NCBI GenBank assembly: GCA_963770565.1
Contig: CAVYQE010000011.1
Span: 448,001-512,000 of the forward strand
Length of the DNA stretch: 64,000 nucleotides
Direction: 5' to 3'
Source: an uncultured Actinomycetota bacterium
GTDB taxonomy: Bacteria; Actinomycetota; Actinomycetes; JAFAQI01
Made by a program: the position numbers and the translations under genes. Every line of letters starts with the position of its first letter. Within the stretch, counting starts at the first letter, position 1. The notes under the pieces are model-generated. The model was given only the letters and a program-made list of their open reading frames with translations, was not told where the DNA came from and ran no database searches. Shown piece by piece: positions 20,591-29,858 of the stretch.

Positions 20591-21022
20591 TCAAGAGGGT
20601 GGGCGCCAACCCCTGGCGAGGGTTGTCTGGCCCACTTCGATGATGTAGCCGTCGGGATCGCGGATGTAGCAGCGGATCTCGGTCTCGTGCACCTTGGGCG
20701 GGGTGAGGAACTGCGCGCCCCGGGCGCTCCACTCCTCGTACACGGCGTGGATGTCCGCAACCCGGAGGTTGAGGAAGCTGCTCACGCGATCCGGGTCGGG
20801 GGGTGTCTCGAGCGTGACGGTCGGCTTGTCGTCGGTCGGACCACCGCCGACGTTGATGATGACCCAGCTGTTCGCGAGAGCGACGTACGTCACGTCATCC
20901 GCCGCCTCGCCCGAGATGACCGTCCGGCCGCCGAGTACGTCGGTGTAGAAGCGGCGAGAACGATCGACGTCGGCCGAGACGATGAAGTGGGCCACGACCA
21001 TCTGTTGCTCGATGCTGCTCAT
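20591..21022 (-). CDS. VOC/glyoxalase family protein
   Basis: VSADVDRSRRFYTDVLG, LNLRVADIHA, CYIRDPDGYIIEVGQ; GGAGG SD. Confidence 0.88.
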   Translation of the reverse strand: MSSIEQQMVVAHFIVSADVDRSRRFYTDVLGGRTVISGEAADDVTYVALANSWVIINVGGGPTDDKPTVTLETPPDPDRVSSFLNLRVADIHAVYEEWSARGAQFLTPPKVHETEIRCYIRDPDGYIIEVGQTTLARGWRPPS

Positions 21023-21085
21023 GCTGACCTCCGTTCGCGGAGAGTGACTCCACGGTGCCCCTCATACCGCACATCGTGCCTGCTC

Positions 21086-21642
21086 TCAGGTCCGAGCCAG
21101 CACCGGGAGTCGTTCCACCACGGCCGGTTGCGCCACTGCGGCGGGCGCCGCCGTTCGGCGAACGATCGGCCAGTACGCCGCCGCGAGCAGGACGAGCAGC
21201 GGGCCGGTGTTGGGGTCGGTGGCCGACCCGGTCGCGATCTCGCCGAAGTTCTGTCCCACCATCCAGATCGCCGCGGCCAGCACGATCGCGACCGTCAGGC
21301 GACCCGTCGTACCGCGGTGTTGCCGAGCACGGAGAGCGCGACGCCCCCGAAGGCGACTGCGAGCGCGATCGATGCCTCGGTGCCGTGGTGGGCAAGGGCG
21401 GCCGCGCTGCCTCGGTCGATCGTTTGCAGCCAGTGCGGCTCACCGGCGGCCATGCCTCCAATCGCGTCGTGCAGCGCCGAGGGCGCGCGGTTGGCGGCCT
21501 GCAGTGACTCGAGCGCGAAGCCGGCCCACAGTGCCAGCTACGCCGGGCGCGCGGCGACCCCGCGCCGGCGGCCCGCGGTGGCGACCGCGCCCACGATTCC
21601 CAAGCTGACCGCGCCGGCGGGCGCGACGCTTAGAGCCCTCAT
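21086..21642 (-). pseudogene. Degraded membrane-protein gene (in-frame TAG plus frameshift)
   Basis: ATG 21642, in-frame TAG 21538-21540; hydrophobic coding continues to TGA 21295-21297; a different frame carries WMVGQNFGEIATGSATDPNTGPLLVLLAAAYWP. Confidence 0.65.
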
Positions 21643-21754
21643 GTTGCCTCCCTGTGAAGCGACGGGCGACTTGCCCGGCTTCACGCAGGCTGTCGGGCGA
21701 ACGTCACACCAGCGTCAGAGGAATACCCGGACTGGCCGGGCCGGGATTTCGGGC

Positions 21755-21784
21755 TCACAGCCGACACACAGACGCCGGTCACAG
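21755..21784 (+). promoter_or_regulatory. Direct repeats resembling an OmpR/PhoP-family response regulator site
   Basis: TCACAG-N5-ACACAG-N7-TCACAG upstream of the ApbE operon. Confidence 0.35.
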
Positions 21785-21815
21785 TGCCTTCAGGCCGGGC
21801 TGGCACAAAGGTGAC

Positions 21816-22109
21816 ATGGCATCGAAACCTCGGCCGGGCAGCGTTCGGGCAATGGGTGCGCGCCGGCTCCAACGGGCCACCGTGGGAATGGTGGTGCTCG
21901 GAGTCGGTGGCGTCGCCGGGATCGCCGTCCACGACGCGCAACTCCACCAGGCGAGCTCGGGCTCGACCTCGGTGAGCCAGAGCTCCACGACCGAGAGTGC
22001 GGTCGACGGCACGAGTGGTGGCAGCACGAGCAACACGTCGAGCTCGGGCGGATCGTCGACCCTGCTTCCGACCCAGTCGGTGCCGCAGGCGACGTCAGGT
22101 GGGTCATGA
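21816..22109 (+). CDS. Small membrane-anchored Ser/Thr/Gly-rich protein ending ATSGGS (candidate flavinylation substrate)
   Basis: One TM helix, low-complexity S/T/G tail, ATGA overlap with apbE. Confidence 0.7.
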   Translation: MASKPRPGSVRAMGARRLQRATVGMVVLGVGGVAGIAVHDAQLHQASSGSTSVSQSSTTESAVDGTSGGSTSNTSSSGGSSTLLPTQSVPQATSGGS

Positions 22110-23077
22110 GCACGAACACGCTCACCGGGCCCGCACCGGAACTCGTCTCGGCCGACTGGACCGCGCTCGGCTGCTCGGTCCGGCTCGTGGTCAACGAGCC
22201 CGACGACCTTGCGGTCGCCCGCGCGATCCTCACCGACGAGCTCGCCGCGATCGACCGCGCGTGCAGCCGATTCAGAGCCGATTCAGAGCTGTCGGCGATC
22301 GTTGCTGGGCCGCATCGACCGACTCCAATCAGCCCGTTGCTGGCTGAGGCGATCGCCGTCGCGCTGGAGGCCGCGGAGGCCACCGATGGCGACGTCGACC
22401 CCACCGTCGGCGGGTCGATGGTCGCCGCGGGTTACGACCGAGACTTCGAGCTGATTGCCACCGATCCCGGACCGGTCACCGTGGTGCACCGGCCCGCGCC
22501 CGGTTGGCGGCGGGTGACCCTGGACCCAATCGCGCGCACGCTGAGCCTTCCGTTCGGGCTGCAGCTCGACCTCGGCGCGACCGCGAAGGCACTCACCGCC
22601 GACCGGGCGGCCTCCCGGATCAGTACGGCGATCGAGGGCCGCGGCGCGCTGATCGCCATCGGTGGTGACATCGCGGTCGCGGGGGAGTCACCGGCTGGTG
22701 GTTGGAGCATCCGGGTGCAGGACATCACCGGACCGGTCGAAGCGCCGGTGGCCGGGCCCACACAGGTCGTCGCCCTCACCGGTGGCGGGCTCGCCACCTC
22801 TAGCACGACCGCACGTCAGTGGGTGCGCGGCGGCCGGGTCATGCACCACATCCTCGATCCGCGAAGCGGTGTGCCGGTGGCCTCGCCGTGGCGCACGGTC
22901 ACGGTTGCCGCGCCCACCTGTGTGAGCGCGAACGTCGCGAGCACCGCCTCGGTGGTGCGCGGGATCGACGCGATCGACTGGTTGATCGGCCGGGGTCTTG
23001 CGGCTCGACTGGTGGATGTCGACGGTGTCGTCACGGTGCTCCCGGGCTGGCCGGAGCCGGTCGGTGCGCTCCGATGA
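22106..23077 (+). CDS. apbE: FAD:protein FMN transferase (ApbE family)
   Basis: CSRFRADSEL, TDGDVDPTVG, LDLGATAKA, GGDIAVAG, LATSS, HHILDPRSG. Confidence 0.92.
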   Translation: MSTNTLTGPAPELVSADWTALGCSVRLVVNEPDDLAVARAILTDELAAIDRACSRFRADSELSAIVAGPHRPTPISPLLAEAIAVALEAAEATDGDVDPTVGGSMVAAGYDRDFELIATDPGPVTVVHRPAPGWRRVTLDPIARTLSLPFGLQLDLGATAKALTADRAASRISTAIEGRGALIAIGGDIAVAGESPAGGWSIRVQDITGPVEAPVAGPTQVVALTGGGLATSSTTARQWVRGGRVMHHILDPRSGVPVASPWRTVTVAAPTCVSANVASTASVVRGIDAIDWLIGRGLAARLVDVDGVVTVLPGWPEPVGALR

Positions 23078-23637
23078 GCAGCGCCGCCCTGTGGTATCTC
23101 AGTCGCGCGACCGGGCTGGTGTCCTTCGTCGTCCTGTCGCTGGTGGTCGTGCTGGGCACCACCGTTGGCCGCAAGGGCAAGATCCCCGGCTTGCCGCGCT
23201 TCGCTGGAGTTGGGCTGCATCGCAACGCGGCGCTGTTTGCCGTCGTATTGCTGGTCATTCACATTGCCACCGCAGTGATGGACCCGTTCGTGGCGATCGG
23301 CCTGGTGTCGGCGATCGTGCCGTTCACCTCGGGGTACGAGCCGCTGTGGCTTGGGCTCGGTGCGCTGGCGATCGACCTGACCGCTGCCGTCGTGGTGACG
23401 AGCTTGCTGCGGTTCCGGATCGGCATCAAGGCGTGGCGGGCCGTGCATTGGCTGGCGTACGCGGTGTGGCCGCTGGCTGCGATTCACGGCATCGGTGCCG
23501 CCGCGGACCTGCGAAGCGGTCTGTTGCTGGACGTGGTGCTGGCGACGATCGCCGGCGTCCTTGTCGCGGTCGCGGTCCGCGTGATCGGCATGGTGTCGCC
23601 GAAGCCGCGACCGAGACCCGTCACCCAGGGTTCGTGA
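23074..23637 (+). CDS. Ferric reductase-like (MsrQ-like) transmembrane heme protein
   Basis: LWYLSRATG, LHRNAAL...HI, WRAVHWLAY..W..A.IHG heme-ligand His pattern. Confidence 0.85.
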   Translation: MSSAALWYLSRATGLVSFVVLSLVVVLGTTVGRKGKIPGLPRFAGVGLHRNAALFAVVLLVIHIATAVMDPFVAIGLVSAIVPFTSGYEPLWLGLGALAIDLTAAVVVTSLLRFRIGIKAWRAVHWLAYAVWPLAAIHGIGAAADLRSGLLLDVVLATIAGVLVAVAVRVIGMVSPKPRPRPVTQGS

Positions 23638-23646
23638 GCCGTTAGC

Positions 23647-23671
23647 GATGCCCCAGCATGGCTAGGGCATC
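23647..23671 (+). terminator. Hairpin downstream of the ApbE operon
   Basis: GATGCCCCAGC-ATG-GCTAGGGCATC inverted repeat about 10 nt after the stop. Confidence 0.45.
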
Positions 23672-23812
23672 TCAAACCGGTGGCGAGCCGGCTAGGTAAT
23701 CTCGAAGGCCTCACGCCGACCCGCAGAAGTCCGATCCGACTCACGGTGGCGACCGTACTGTGTGGTTCCGTCGCTCGCAGCGGTTTGTCCACCGACCCGA
23801 GAGTGCAACGGC

Positions 23813-23858
23813 GATCGGGCCACGCCGACGAGTGAATGCTCGGCGGCGCGGCCCGATC
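23813..23858 (-). terminator. Long hairpin downstream of padR
   Basis: GATCGGGCC-ACGCCG...CGGCG-CGGCCCGATC imperfect inverted repeat. Confidence 0.5.
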
Positions 23859-23875
23859 TCGGGGACTGGCTGTGC

Positions 23876-24529
23876 CTACGCGGTGGGATCCTCGTCGGCC
23901 GGCGTACCAGGGGTGGTCGTCGGTTCGACGTCGTCATCCTCGGCGAGGATGCGGTAGAGGTCGCGCCGGGTGGCGTTGAGCACGCTGATCGCCTTGGCGA
24001 CCTGGGCTTCGCTTCCCGCCATGCCGATCTGCCGCACGGCGGCGGCGACCTGCATCACGACGTCGCGCAGCTGGCTCGAGCCGCCGCGCTCGCCGCGGGA
24101 CGCTGCCTCCCAGGGCAGTGGGCCGTCCTTACGGGACTCGGCCTCGGTCCGCCCGGCGTCGGTTAGGGTGAATACCCGCTTGCCGTCGGACTCGGTGGCC
24201 GTCACCAGCCCTTCGTCCTGGAGCAGCTGCAGGGCCGGGTAGACCGAGCCGGGGCTCGGGGTCCACGCGCCGTTGCTGCGCTCGACGATCTCCTGGATGA
24301 CCTGGTAGCCGTGCATGGGCGATTCGCTCAGCAGGGCTAGTACGGCGGCGCGGACGTCGCCGCGGCCGGCTCGCCGGCCGGACTCGAAGGAGCCGCCGAG
24401 GCCGCGGCCACGTGGGCCGCCCCAGGCGCGGTCGAACCCGCGGCCGTGGCGGTGCCCATGGCGCTCGTCGCGTCCCCCGCGATCGTGGATCCGGCGATGG
24501 GCCGAATCTTCGGTGTGGTGCTGTTTCAT
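23876..24529 (-). CDS. PadR family transcriptional regulator with His/Gly-rich N-terminus
   Basis: RGDVRAAVLALL.E.PMHGYQVI..I.ERS.GAW.PSPGSVYPAL; AAGGAG SD. Confidence 0.92.
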   Translation of the reverse strand: MKQHHTEDSAHRRIHDRGGRDERHGHRHGRGFDRAWGGPRGRGLGGSFESGRRAGRGDVRAAVLALLSESPMHGYQVIQEIVERSNGAWTPSPGSVYPALQLLQDEGLVTATESDGKRVFTLTDAGRTEAESRKDGPLPWEAASRGERGGSSQLRDVVMQVAAAVRQIGMAGSEAQVAKAISVLNATRRDLYRILAEDDDVEPTTTPGTPADEDPTA

Positions 24530-24565
24530 GTCTTTCTCCTTGCTACCGAGCACTCGGATGTGCTC

Positions 24566-24577
24566 GCGATATATCGC
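24566..24577. promoter_or_regulatory. Palindromic operator, probably PadR autoregulation
   Basis: Perfect AT-rich palindrome GCGATATATCGC in the padR/GNAT divergent spacer. Confidence 0.5.
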
Positions 24578-24631
24578 TAACATATCACAACCCATCGACT
24601 ATTCCCACCTGGATCCGGCTTAGATGGACCG

Positions 24632-25105
24632 ATGATCGAGCTGCGGCTGGCGACCAGCGCCGATGTCGAGGCCTGCCTCGCGGTTCAGCGGCGCTCGGCG
24701 ATCACCGGCTACGCGCACATCTTTCCGCAGGAGCAGTACCCCTTCCCGGACGATGTCGTCCGGGCCGAGTGGGTCGAGCGGCTCGGCAGCGAGGCGACGG
24801 TCGTGCTGGCCGCCGAGGCGGGCCAGATCGTCGGCACGGTCAGTGCCCGCCCGCCGCGGCTCGAGGCGCTGTTCGTCGTACCGGAGTCCTGGGGTGCAGG
24901 CGTCGGCGACGTGCTGCACGCTCGCGCGCTCGAGCTGATCGCCCACGCCGGGTACGACGAGGCCGAGCTCGAGGTGATGGCCGACAACGCCCGGGCCCGC
25001 CGGTTCTACGAGCGGCACGGGTGGGCGCCGGACGGACGGCAGCTGCGCTCGCCGTTCCCGCCGTTTCCCGAGCTGGTCGGATACCGCCGCGCGCTCGACC
25101 GCTGA
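24632..25105 (+). CDS. GNAT family N-acetyltransferase
   Basis: LFVVPESWGAGVG, LEVMADNARARRFYERHGW. Confidence 0.87.
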   Translation: MIELRLATSADVEACLAVQRRSAITGYAHIFPQEQYPFPDDVVRAEWVERLGSEATVVLAAEAGQIVGTVSARPPRLEALFVVPESWGAGVGDVLHARALELIAHAGYDEAELEVMADNARARRFYERHGWAPDGRQLRSPFPPFPELVGYRRALDR

Positions 25106-25140
25106 CCGTCCGCGCGCCGCGGGCGTGTCAGTATCGACGC

Positions 25141-26022
25141 ATGAAGCGCGACGAGCGGTTGCTGCTCGCTGCGCTCAGTTTGCTGGCCGCCTTCCTCATC
25201 GGTGAGCTGGTCGCGGCGGTGCTCGCCCACTCGCTCGCGCTGCTGTCCGACGCCGGGCACATGGCCACCGACGTCATCGCACTCGCCGCGGCGGTCGTGG
25301 CGGCCCGGCTGGCGCGGCGACCGGCGGTCGGGCACTGGACCTTCGGACTGGCGCGGGCCGAGATCCTGTCGGCGGCCATCAACGGGATCACCCTGGTCGT
25401 AGTGGCCGCGATCGTGACGGTCGAGGCGATCCGGCGGTTGATCCACCCGGCAACGGTCGGCGGGACGACGGTGATCGTGGTCGCCTCGATCGGCCTGGCG
25501 GTCAACCTGGTCGTGGCGTCGGTGCTCGCCCGCGCTGAGCGCCGGTCGCTGAACGTCGCCGGAGCGATCGCCCACGTGATGACCGATGCCTATGCGTTTG
25601 CCGCGACGATCGTCGCCGGCGTCGTCATCGTGACGACGGGATGGCAGCGCGCCGACCCGATCGCGTCACTGGTGGTCGTCGTGCTGCTGCTCCACGCGGC
25701 CCGCGGCCTGATCGCCGCGTCCGGCCGGGTCCTGCTGGAGGCGGCGCCCACCGAGGTCGACCTCGCGCTGGTCCGCGAGCACCTGATGGAGTCGCCGTAC
25801 GTCGTCGACCTGCACGACCTGCACGTGTGGACGGTCACCTCAGGGCTGCCGGCGCTGTCGGTGCATGTGGTGATCGCCGAGGACTGCTTCTCGACCGGCC
25901 GGGCGCCGGTCCTGCTCGACGAGCTCCAGGCCTGCCTCGCCGGCCATTTCGACGTCGAGCACTCGACCTTCCAGCTCGAGCCGGCCGGCCATAGCGAGCA
26001 CGAGGCCGCGACCCACCACTAG
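25141..26022 (+). CDS. Cation diffusion facilitator (CzcD-like Zn/Co/Cd) transporter
   Basis: SLALLSDAGHMATD, HVMTD, DLHDLHVWT, FDVEHSTFQLE. Confidence 0.92.
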   Translation: MKRDERLLLAALSLLAAFLIGELVAAVLAHSLALLSDAGHMATDVIALAAAVVAARLARRPAVGHWTFGLARAEILSAAINGITLVVVAAIVTVEAIRRLIHPATVGGTTVIVVASIGLAVNLVVASVLARAERRSLNVAGAIAHVMTDAYAFAATIVAGVVIVTTGWQRADPIASLVVVVLLLHAARGLIAASGRVLLEAAPTEVDLALVREHLMESPYVVDLHDLHVWTVTSGLPALSVHVVIAEDCFSTGRAPVLLDELQACLAGHFDVEHSTFQLEPAGHSEHEAATHH

Positions 26023-26039
26023 GCGCCACCGGCAATCGG

Positions 26040-26405
26040 TCAGCTGGGTTGTTCCTTCGTCAGGTGAAGCAACCAGTCGCGGCCGGTGCGGATCAAGGCG
26101 TACCGGTGCGCGCCGGCCGAACCGTGCAGCGTGAAGACGATCCGGCGCTCGTCGCGGTCGTGCTCCTCCCACCAGCCGGTGTCCGCGATCGACTTCTCCT
26201 GGTCGGTGTAAGTGAGGTGCTCGAGCTCATGGTCCGGGACGGCGACGGCGAGGCGGTTTCCGGCTGGGCTGGTCGGCAGGCCACGCGGCAGCGCCCACGA
26301 ACGGAGGACGCCGTCCTCCTCGAGCCGAAGGTCGAAGTGCGGCCGCGGCTTGCGATGGTCATGCAGCACGAACGCGGGCCGCCCTACATCATCCTCGCCC
26401 TGCAC
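26040..26405 (-). CDS. Stand-alone LigD-type 3'-phosphoesterase domain protein
   Basis: FVLHDH...PHFDLRLEEDGVLRSWALPRG...RLAVAVPDH. Confidence 0.8.
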   Translation of the reverse strand: MQGEDDVGRPAFVLHDHRKPRPHFDLRLEEDGVLRSWALPRGLPTSPAGNRLAVAVPDHELEHLTYTDQEKSIADTGWWEEHDRDERRIVFTLHGSAGAHRYALIRTGRDWLLHLTKEQPS

Positions 26406-26422
26406 ACTCTGACCGTAGCGAT

Positions 26423-27448
26423 CTACTGCTCGGCGGGCGCATCAGTCACTTGGTAGCCGACCGGGAAGAGCCTGATCCCGAATCGCTCCGCGATACCCCA
26501 CAAGCCGCGCTGCACCCACACTGCCATCAAGACGGCGACGCTGCCGACGATGATCAGGTACCAACCACCGTGAGACGCGAGCGTCTGCTGCAAGGTGAAG
26601 AAAACGATCGTGCCGATGATCGGCCCTTCCAGAGTGCCGATCCCGCCGATCAGGACGACGAAGATCATGTACGCCGACCACTGCACGCCGTACACATTGT
26701 TCGGTTCGACATTGAGCTGGCTGATTGCGAGCAGGCCGCCGGCGCCACCGGCGCCGATCGCCGCGGCGAGGTAGACGATCCGCTTGGCAAGCGAGACATG
26801 GACGCCGACGCTGCGAGCCGCGGTTTCGTCGTCGCGTACTGCGGTCAGCGCCAGTCCGACCCGGCTGCGAAGGATCAGATAGCAGCCGACCAAAGTCAGC
26901 ACGACAACGGTGAGCGACGCCCAGTAGGTGTAGGCACCGAGCACGACCGGGTCGAAGCCGTCGAGGCCCGGGACGTTGGTGCCGCTACCGCCACCCAGCG
27001 ACGCGGACCTGATCGTCAGCAGCGCGAGGACTTCGGCCACCGCCCAGGTCCCGATCGCGAAGTAGCCACCACGCAGGCGGAAGACGAGCAAGGAGATCGG
27101 TGCCGCTGCGACCGCGCACAACAGTGCCGCAACCGGCAGCGCGAGAAAGGGTTCGATTCCATGCTGGGCCAGCCACAGCACGGAATACGCGCCGATTCCG
27201 ATGTAGGCCTGTTGTCCGACCGACACGAGACCCGCGTAGCCGGCAAGGAGGTTCCAGGTCACGCCGAGGGTCAGCAGGATGAAGAAGTTCACCAGCGTGC
27301 TGGTCGAGCCCTGGCCGAGGAGGAACGGCAGCAGGCCGAGCACGACCACGACGGCGAGTGCCGGCAGCACCGCCCAACGCGAAGTCCGGGTCGAGCGCCT
27401 GATCCGGGACCGCTGGCTGGTCCTGGTAGCAGCCGGCGCCTGAGTCAT
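26423..27448 (-). CDS. HAAT (LivM-like) ABC transporter permease
   Basis: WNLLAGYAGLVSVGQ, RLRGGYFAI, AVRDDETAARSVG, IGGIGTLEGPIIG. Confidence 0.9.
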   Translation of the reverse strand: MTQAPAATRTSQRSRIRRSTRTSRWAVLPALAVVVVLGLLPFLLGQGSTSTLVNFFILLTLGVTWNLLAGYAGLVSVGQQAYIGIGAYSVLWLAQHGIEPFLALPVAALLCAVAAAPISLLVFRLRGGYFAIGTWAVAEVLALLTIRSASLGGGSGTNVPGLDGFDPVVLGAYTYWASLTVVVLTLVGCYLILRSRVGLALTAVRDDETAARSVGVHVSLAKRIVYLAAAIGAGGAGGLLAISQLNVEPNNVYGVQWSAYMIFVVLIGGIGTLEGPIIGTIVFFTLQQTLASHGGWYLIIVGSVAVLMAVWVQRGLWGIAERFGIRLFPVGYQVTDAPAEQ

Positions 27449-28314
27449 GCGGCCGCCCGGGCCGGGAGCAAGCCACTCGGGCGCACAGCAAGCACGGCGA
27501 GGAAGACCACGTGCCCGGAGAGGACACCAAGGGTCGGGTCGATCTGGGCGCCGATCGTTTGCGCCAGCCCGAGGACGACGCCACCGGCGAGGGTGCCCCA
27601 CAGCGATCCGAGTCCGCCGATGATCACCGCCTCGAACGCGAACAGCAGCAGGTCCGTGCCGCTGGTCGGTGCGAACTGCGAGTACATGCCGAACGCCAAA
27701 CCGGCGAGCGCCACGGTGGCGAATGCGATCGCGGCCGCGATGCCGGTGATGTGTCTCGTGTTGACCCCGGAGATCGACGCGGCCTCTTTGTCGTCGGCGA
27801 CCGCACGGATCTGCCGGCCGGTCGACGTACGGCTCAGGAACAGCTGCACGATCACCAGGACCGCGACCGCAACGACCAGGATTCCGAGCCGCAGGTCACT
27901 GATCGAGATTGTCGTATTGAGGGTGATCGACCGGGTTGCGAGCGACCCGATGTTCAGCGAGTGGCTGTCCGCCGAGAACCCTTCGAGCAGCGCATTCTGC
28001 AGGACGACCGACAGGCCGAACGTCACCAGCAGCGTTGTGAGCGGGCCATTGTCAAGGCTTCGTTGCAACAAGGTGCGCTGTGCGAAGTAGCCAAACGCCG
28101 CGAACATCGGCGGAACGAACAGCAGCGCGTACAGGTCGTTCGTGTGGATCGATGGGAGCAGCGCAATCGCAACGTACGCGCCGAGCACCGCGAGGTCACC
28201 GTGCGCCAGGTTGATGACGCCGACCACGCCGAACAGCAGCGAAAGCCCGCACGCGAAGAGCGCGAACAAACCGCCGAGCAGGACGCCTTGCGCGATCGCG
28301 TTGAGCCAGATCAC
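27445..28314 (-). CDS. HAAT (LivH-like) ABC transporter permease
   Basis: GLSLLFGVVGVINLAHG, GRQIRAVADD, IIGGLGSLWG, RPSGL. Confidence 0.9.
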   Translation of the reverse strand: MIWLNAIAQGVLLGGLFALFACGLSLLFGVVGVINLAHGDLAVLGAYVAIALLPSIHTNDLYALLFVPPMFAAFGYFAQRTLLQRSLDNGPLTTLLVTFGLSVVLQNALLEGFSADSHSLNIGSLATRSITLNTTISISDLRLGILVVAVAVLVIVQLFLSRTSTGRQIRAVADDKEAASISGVNTRHITGIAAAIAFATVALAGLAFGMYSQFAPTSGTDLLLFAFEAVIIGGLGSLWGTLAGGVVLGLAQTIGAQIDPTLGVLSGHVVFLAVLAVRPSGLLPARAAA

Positions 28315-29030
28315 GACGCCACCTCGCCGAACCCGAAGTAAGCGGCTTCGACCTGCTCGGCGCTGTGGTCGCTCGGCCGGCCGGCCAGCGTCGCACGCCC
28401 CTCGAGCAGGCACTGGAACCGTGATGCCACCCGCAGTGCCTGAGCGACGTCCTGCTCGACGATCAGTACGGCCATCTCGTCATCGAGCAGCGCCGGGAGG
28501 GTCTGGTAGATCTGCTGCACGATGACCGGCGCGAGGCCGAGCGAGATCTCGTCCAGCAACAACACTCGAGGGTTGGCCACTAACGCACGGCCGATCGCTA
28601 CGACTTGCTGCTCGCCGCCCGATAGATGGTCCGTCCGCTCGCCCCGCCGGTCCGGCATCCAGGGGAAGAGGTCATAGACCCGGTCAATGGTCCAGCTGCC
28701 GGCGCGGCGGTTGGCGGCGCCCACCTGCAGGTTTTCCTCGACCGTCATCGAGCGGAACAGTCGCCGTCCCTCGGGCACCAGTGCGACGCCGCGTCGGACC
28801 CGCTTGTCGGTCGGCAAGTTCGTGATGTCCTCGCCGGCGAGAGTGATCGTGCCGTTGACCGGTCGATGCAATCCCGCCAGCGTGCGCAGCAGGGTCGACT
28901 TGCCGGCGCCGTTGGCACCGACGACGGCGAACAACTCACCCGGACGCACGTCGAGGCTCACTTCGTGCAGCGCAACCAGCTGGCCATGCCGAACGGTCAG
29001 CCCGTGCGCGACCAACAGCGACTCGGTCAC
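28311..29030 (-). CDS. HAAT (LivF-like) ABC ATP-binding protein
   Basis: [29 protein letters not shown]. Confidence 0.92.
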   Translation of the reverse strand: MTESLLVAHGLTVRHGQLVALHEVSLDVRPGELFAVVGANGAGKSTLLRTLAGLHRPVNGTITLAGEDITNLPTDKRVRRGVALVPEGRRLFRSMTVEENLQVGAANRRAGSWTIDRVYDLFPWMPDRRGERTDHLSGGEQQVVAIGRALVANPRVLLLDEISLGLAPVIVQQIYQTLPALLDDEMAVLIVEQDVAQALRVASRFQCLLEGRATLAGRPSDHSAEQVEAAYFGFGEVAS

Positions 29031-29842
29031 GGCGCATCCTTTGCTGGCTCGGCCGGACCCGGCAAAGGCGCAGCGGGAGGTGCGGGCCCGGCTGACGGAC
29101 TTACGTCGGCGACCGTCGAGTCCGTCCCGAGGAAGAGCTCTTTGACCCGCTGGCGCCCAAGGACCTCGCGTGGCTCGCCGTCTGCGATCAGCTGACCAAC
29201 GGCGAGGCAGATCAGCCGGTCGACGCTCGACAGCAGGGCACGGACCACGTGTTCGATCCAGACGACCGCGACCCCGGTGCTGTTGACCCCGCGGACGATC
29301 TCGACCAGCTCTGCGACCTCGGGGTCGGTCAGCCCGCCGGCAACCTCGTCCAGCAAGAGCAGGCGCGGGCCGGTGGCGAGCGCTCGGGCCATCTCCAGCC
29401 GCTTGCGGGAGAGCAGACCCAGACGCCCGGCCGCGGTGTTGGCGTGTGCGCTCAGCCCGACCTGGTCGATCACGTCGAGGGCGCGTTCGGTCGCGGCCGC
29501 CCGGCGCAGGCCAGCGCCCTGCTGGGCCGACACCAGGGTGTTTTCGAAGACGGTCATCCCGACGAACGGGTGCGGTACCTGGAAGGTGCGGCCGATGCCA
29601 AGCCGGCAGCGCCTCGCGGTGTCCATGCCGAGGATCGAACGCCCGTCGAACCTGATGTCGCCGGAGTCGACCGGGAGGTCGCCGGAGACCATCCCGAACA
29701 GGCTGGTCTTGCCGGCGCCGTTCGGCCCGACCACGCCGAGCGTCGCCCCGTCGGACACCTCGAACGACAGGCCGTCCGCGACCAGCACCTGACCGAACCG
29801 TTTGCTGACGGCGTCGAGCGTGAGCAGGGCAGGTGCACTCAT
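29027..29842 (-). CDS. HAAT (LivG-like) ABC ATP-binding protein
   Basis: [30 protein letters not shown]. Confidence 0.92.
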   Translation of the reverse strand: MSAPALLTLDAVSKRFGQVLVADGLSFEVSDGATLGVVGPNGAGKTSLFGMVSGDLPVDSGDIRFDGRSILGMDTARRCRLGIGRTFQVPHPFVGMTVFENTLVSAQQGAGLRRAAATERALDVIDQVGLSAHANTAAGRLGLLSRKRLEMARALATGPRLLLLDEVAGGLTDPEVAELVEIVRGVNSTGVAVVWIEHVVRALLSSVDRLICLAVGQLIADGEPREVLGRQRVKELFLGTDSTVADVSPSAGPAPPAAPLPGPAEPAKDAP

Positions 29843-29858
29843 CAGGTCTTGTGTTGTA

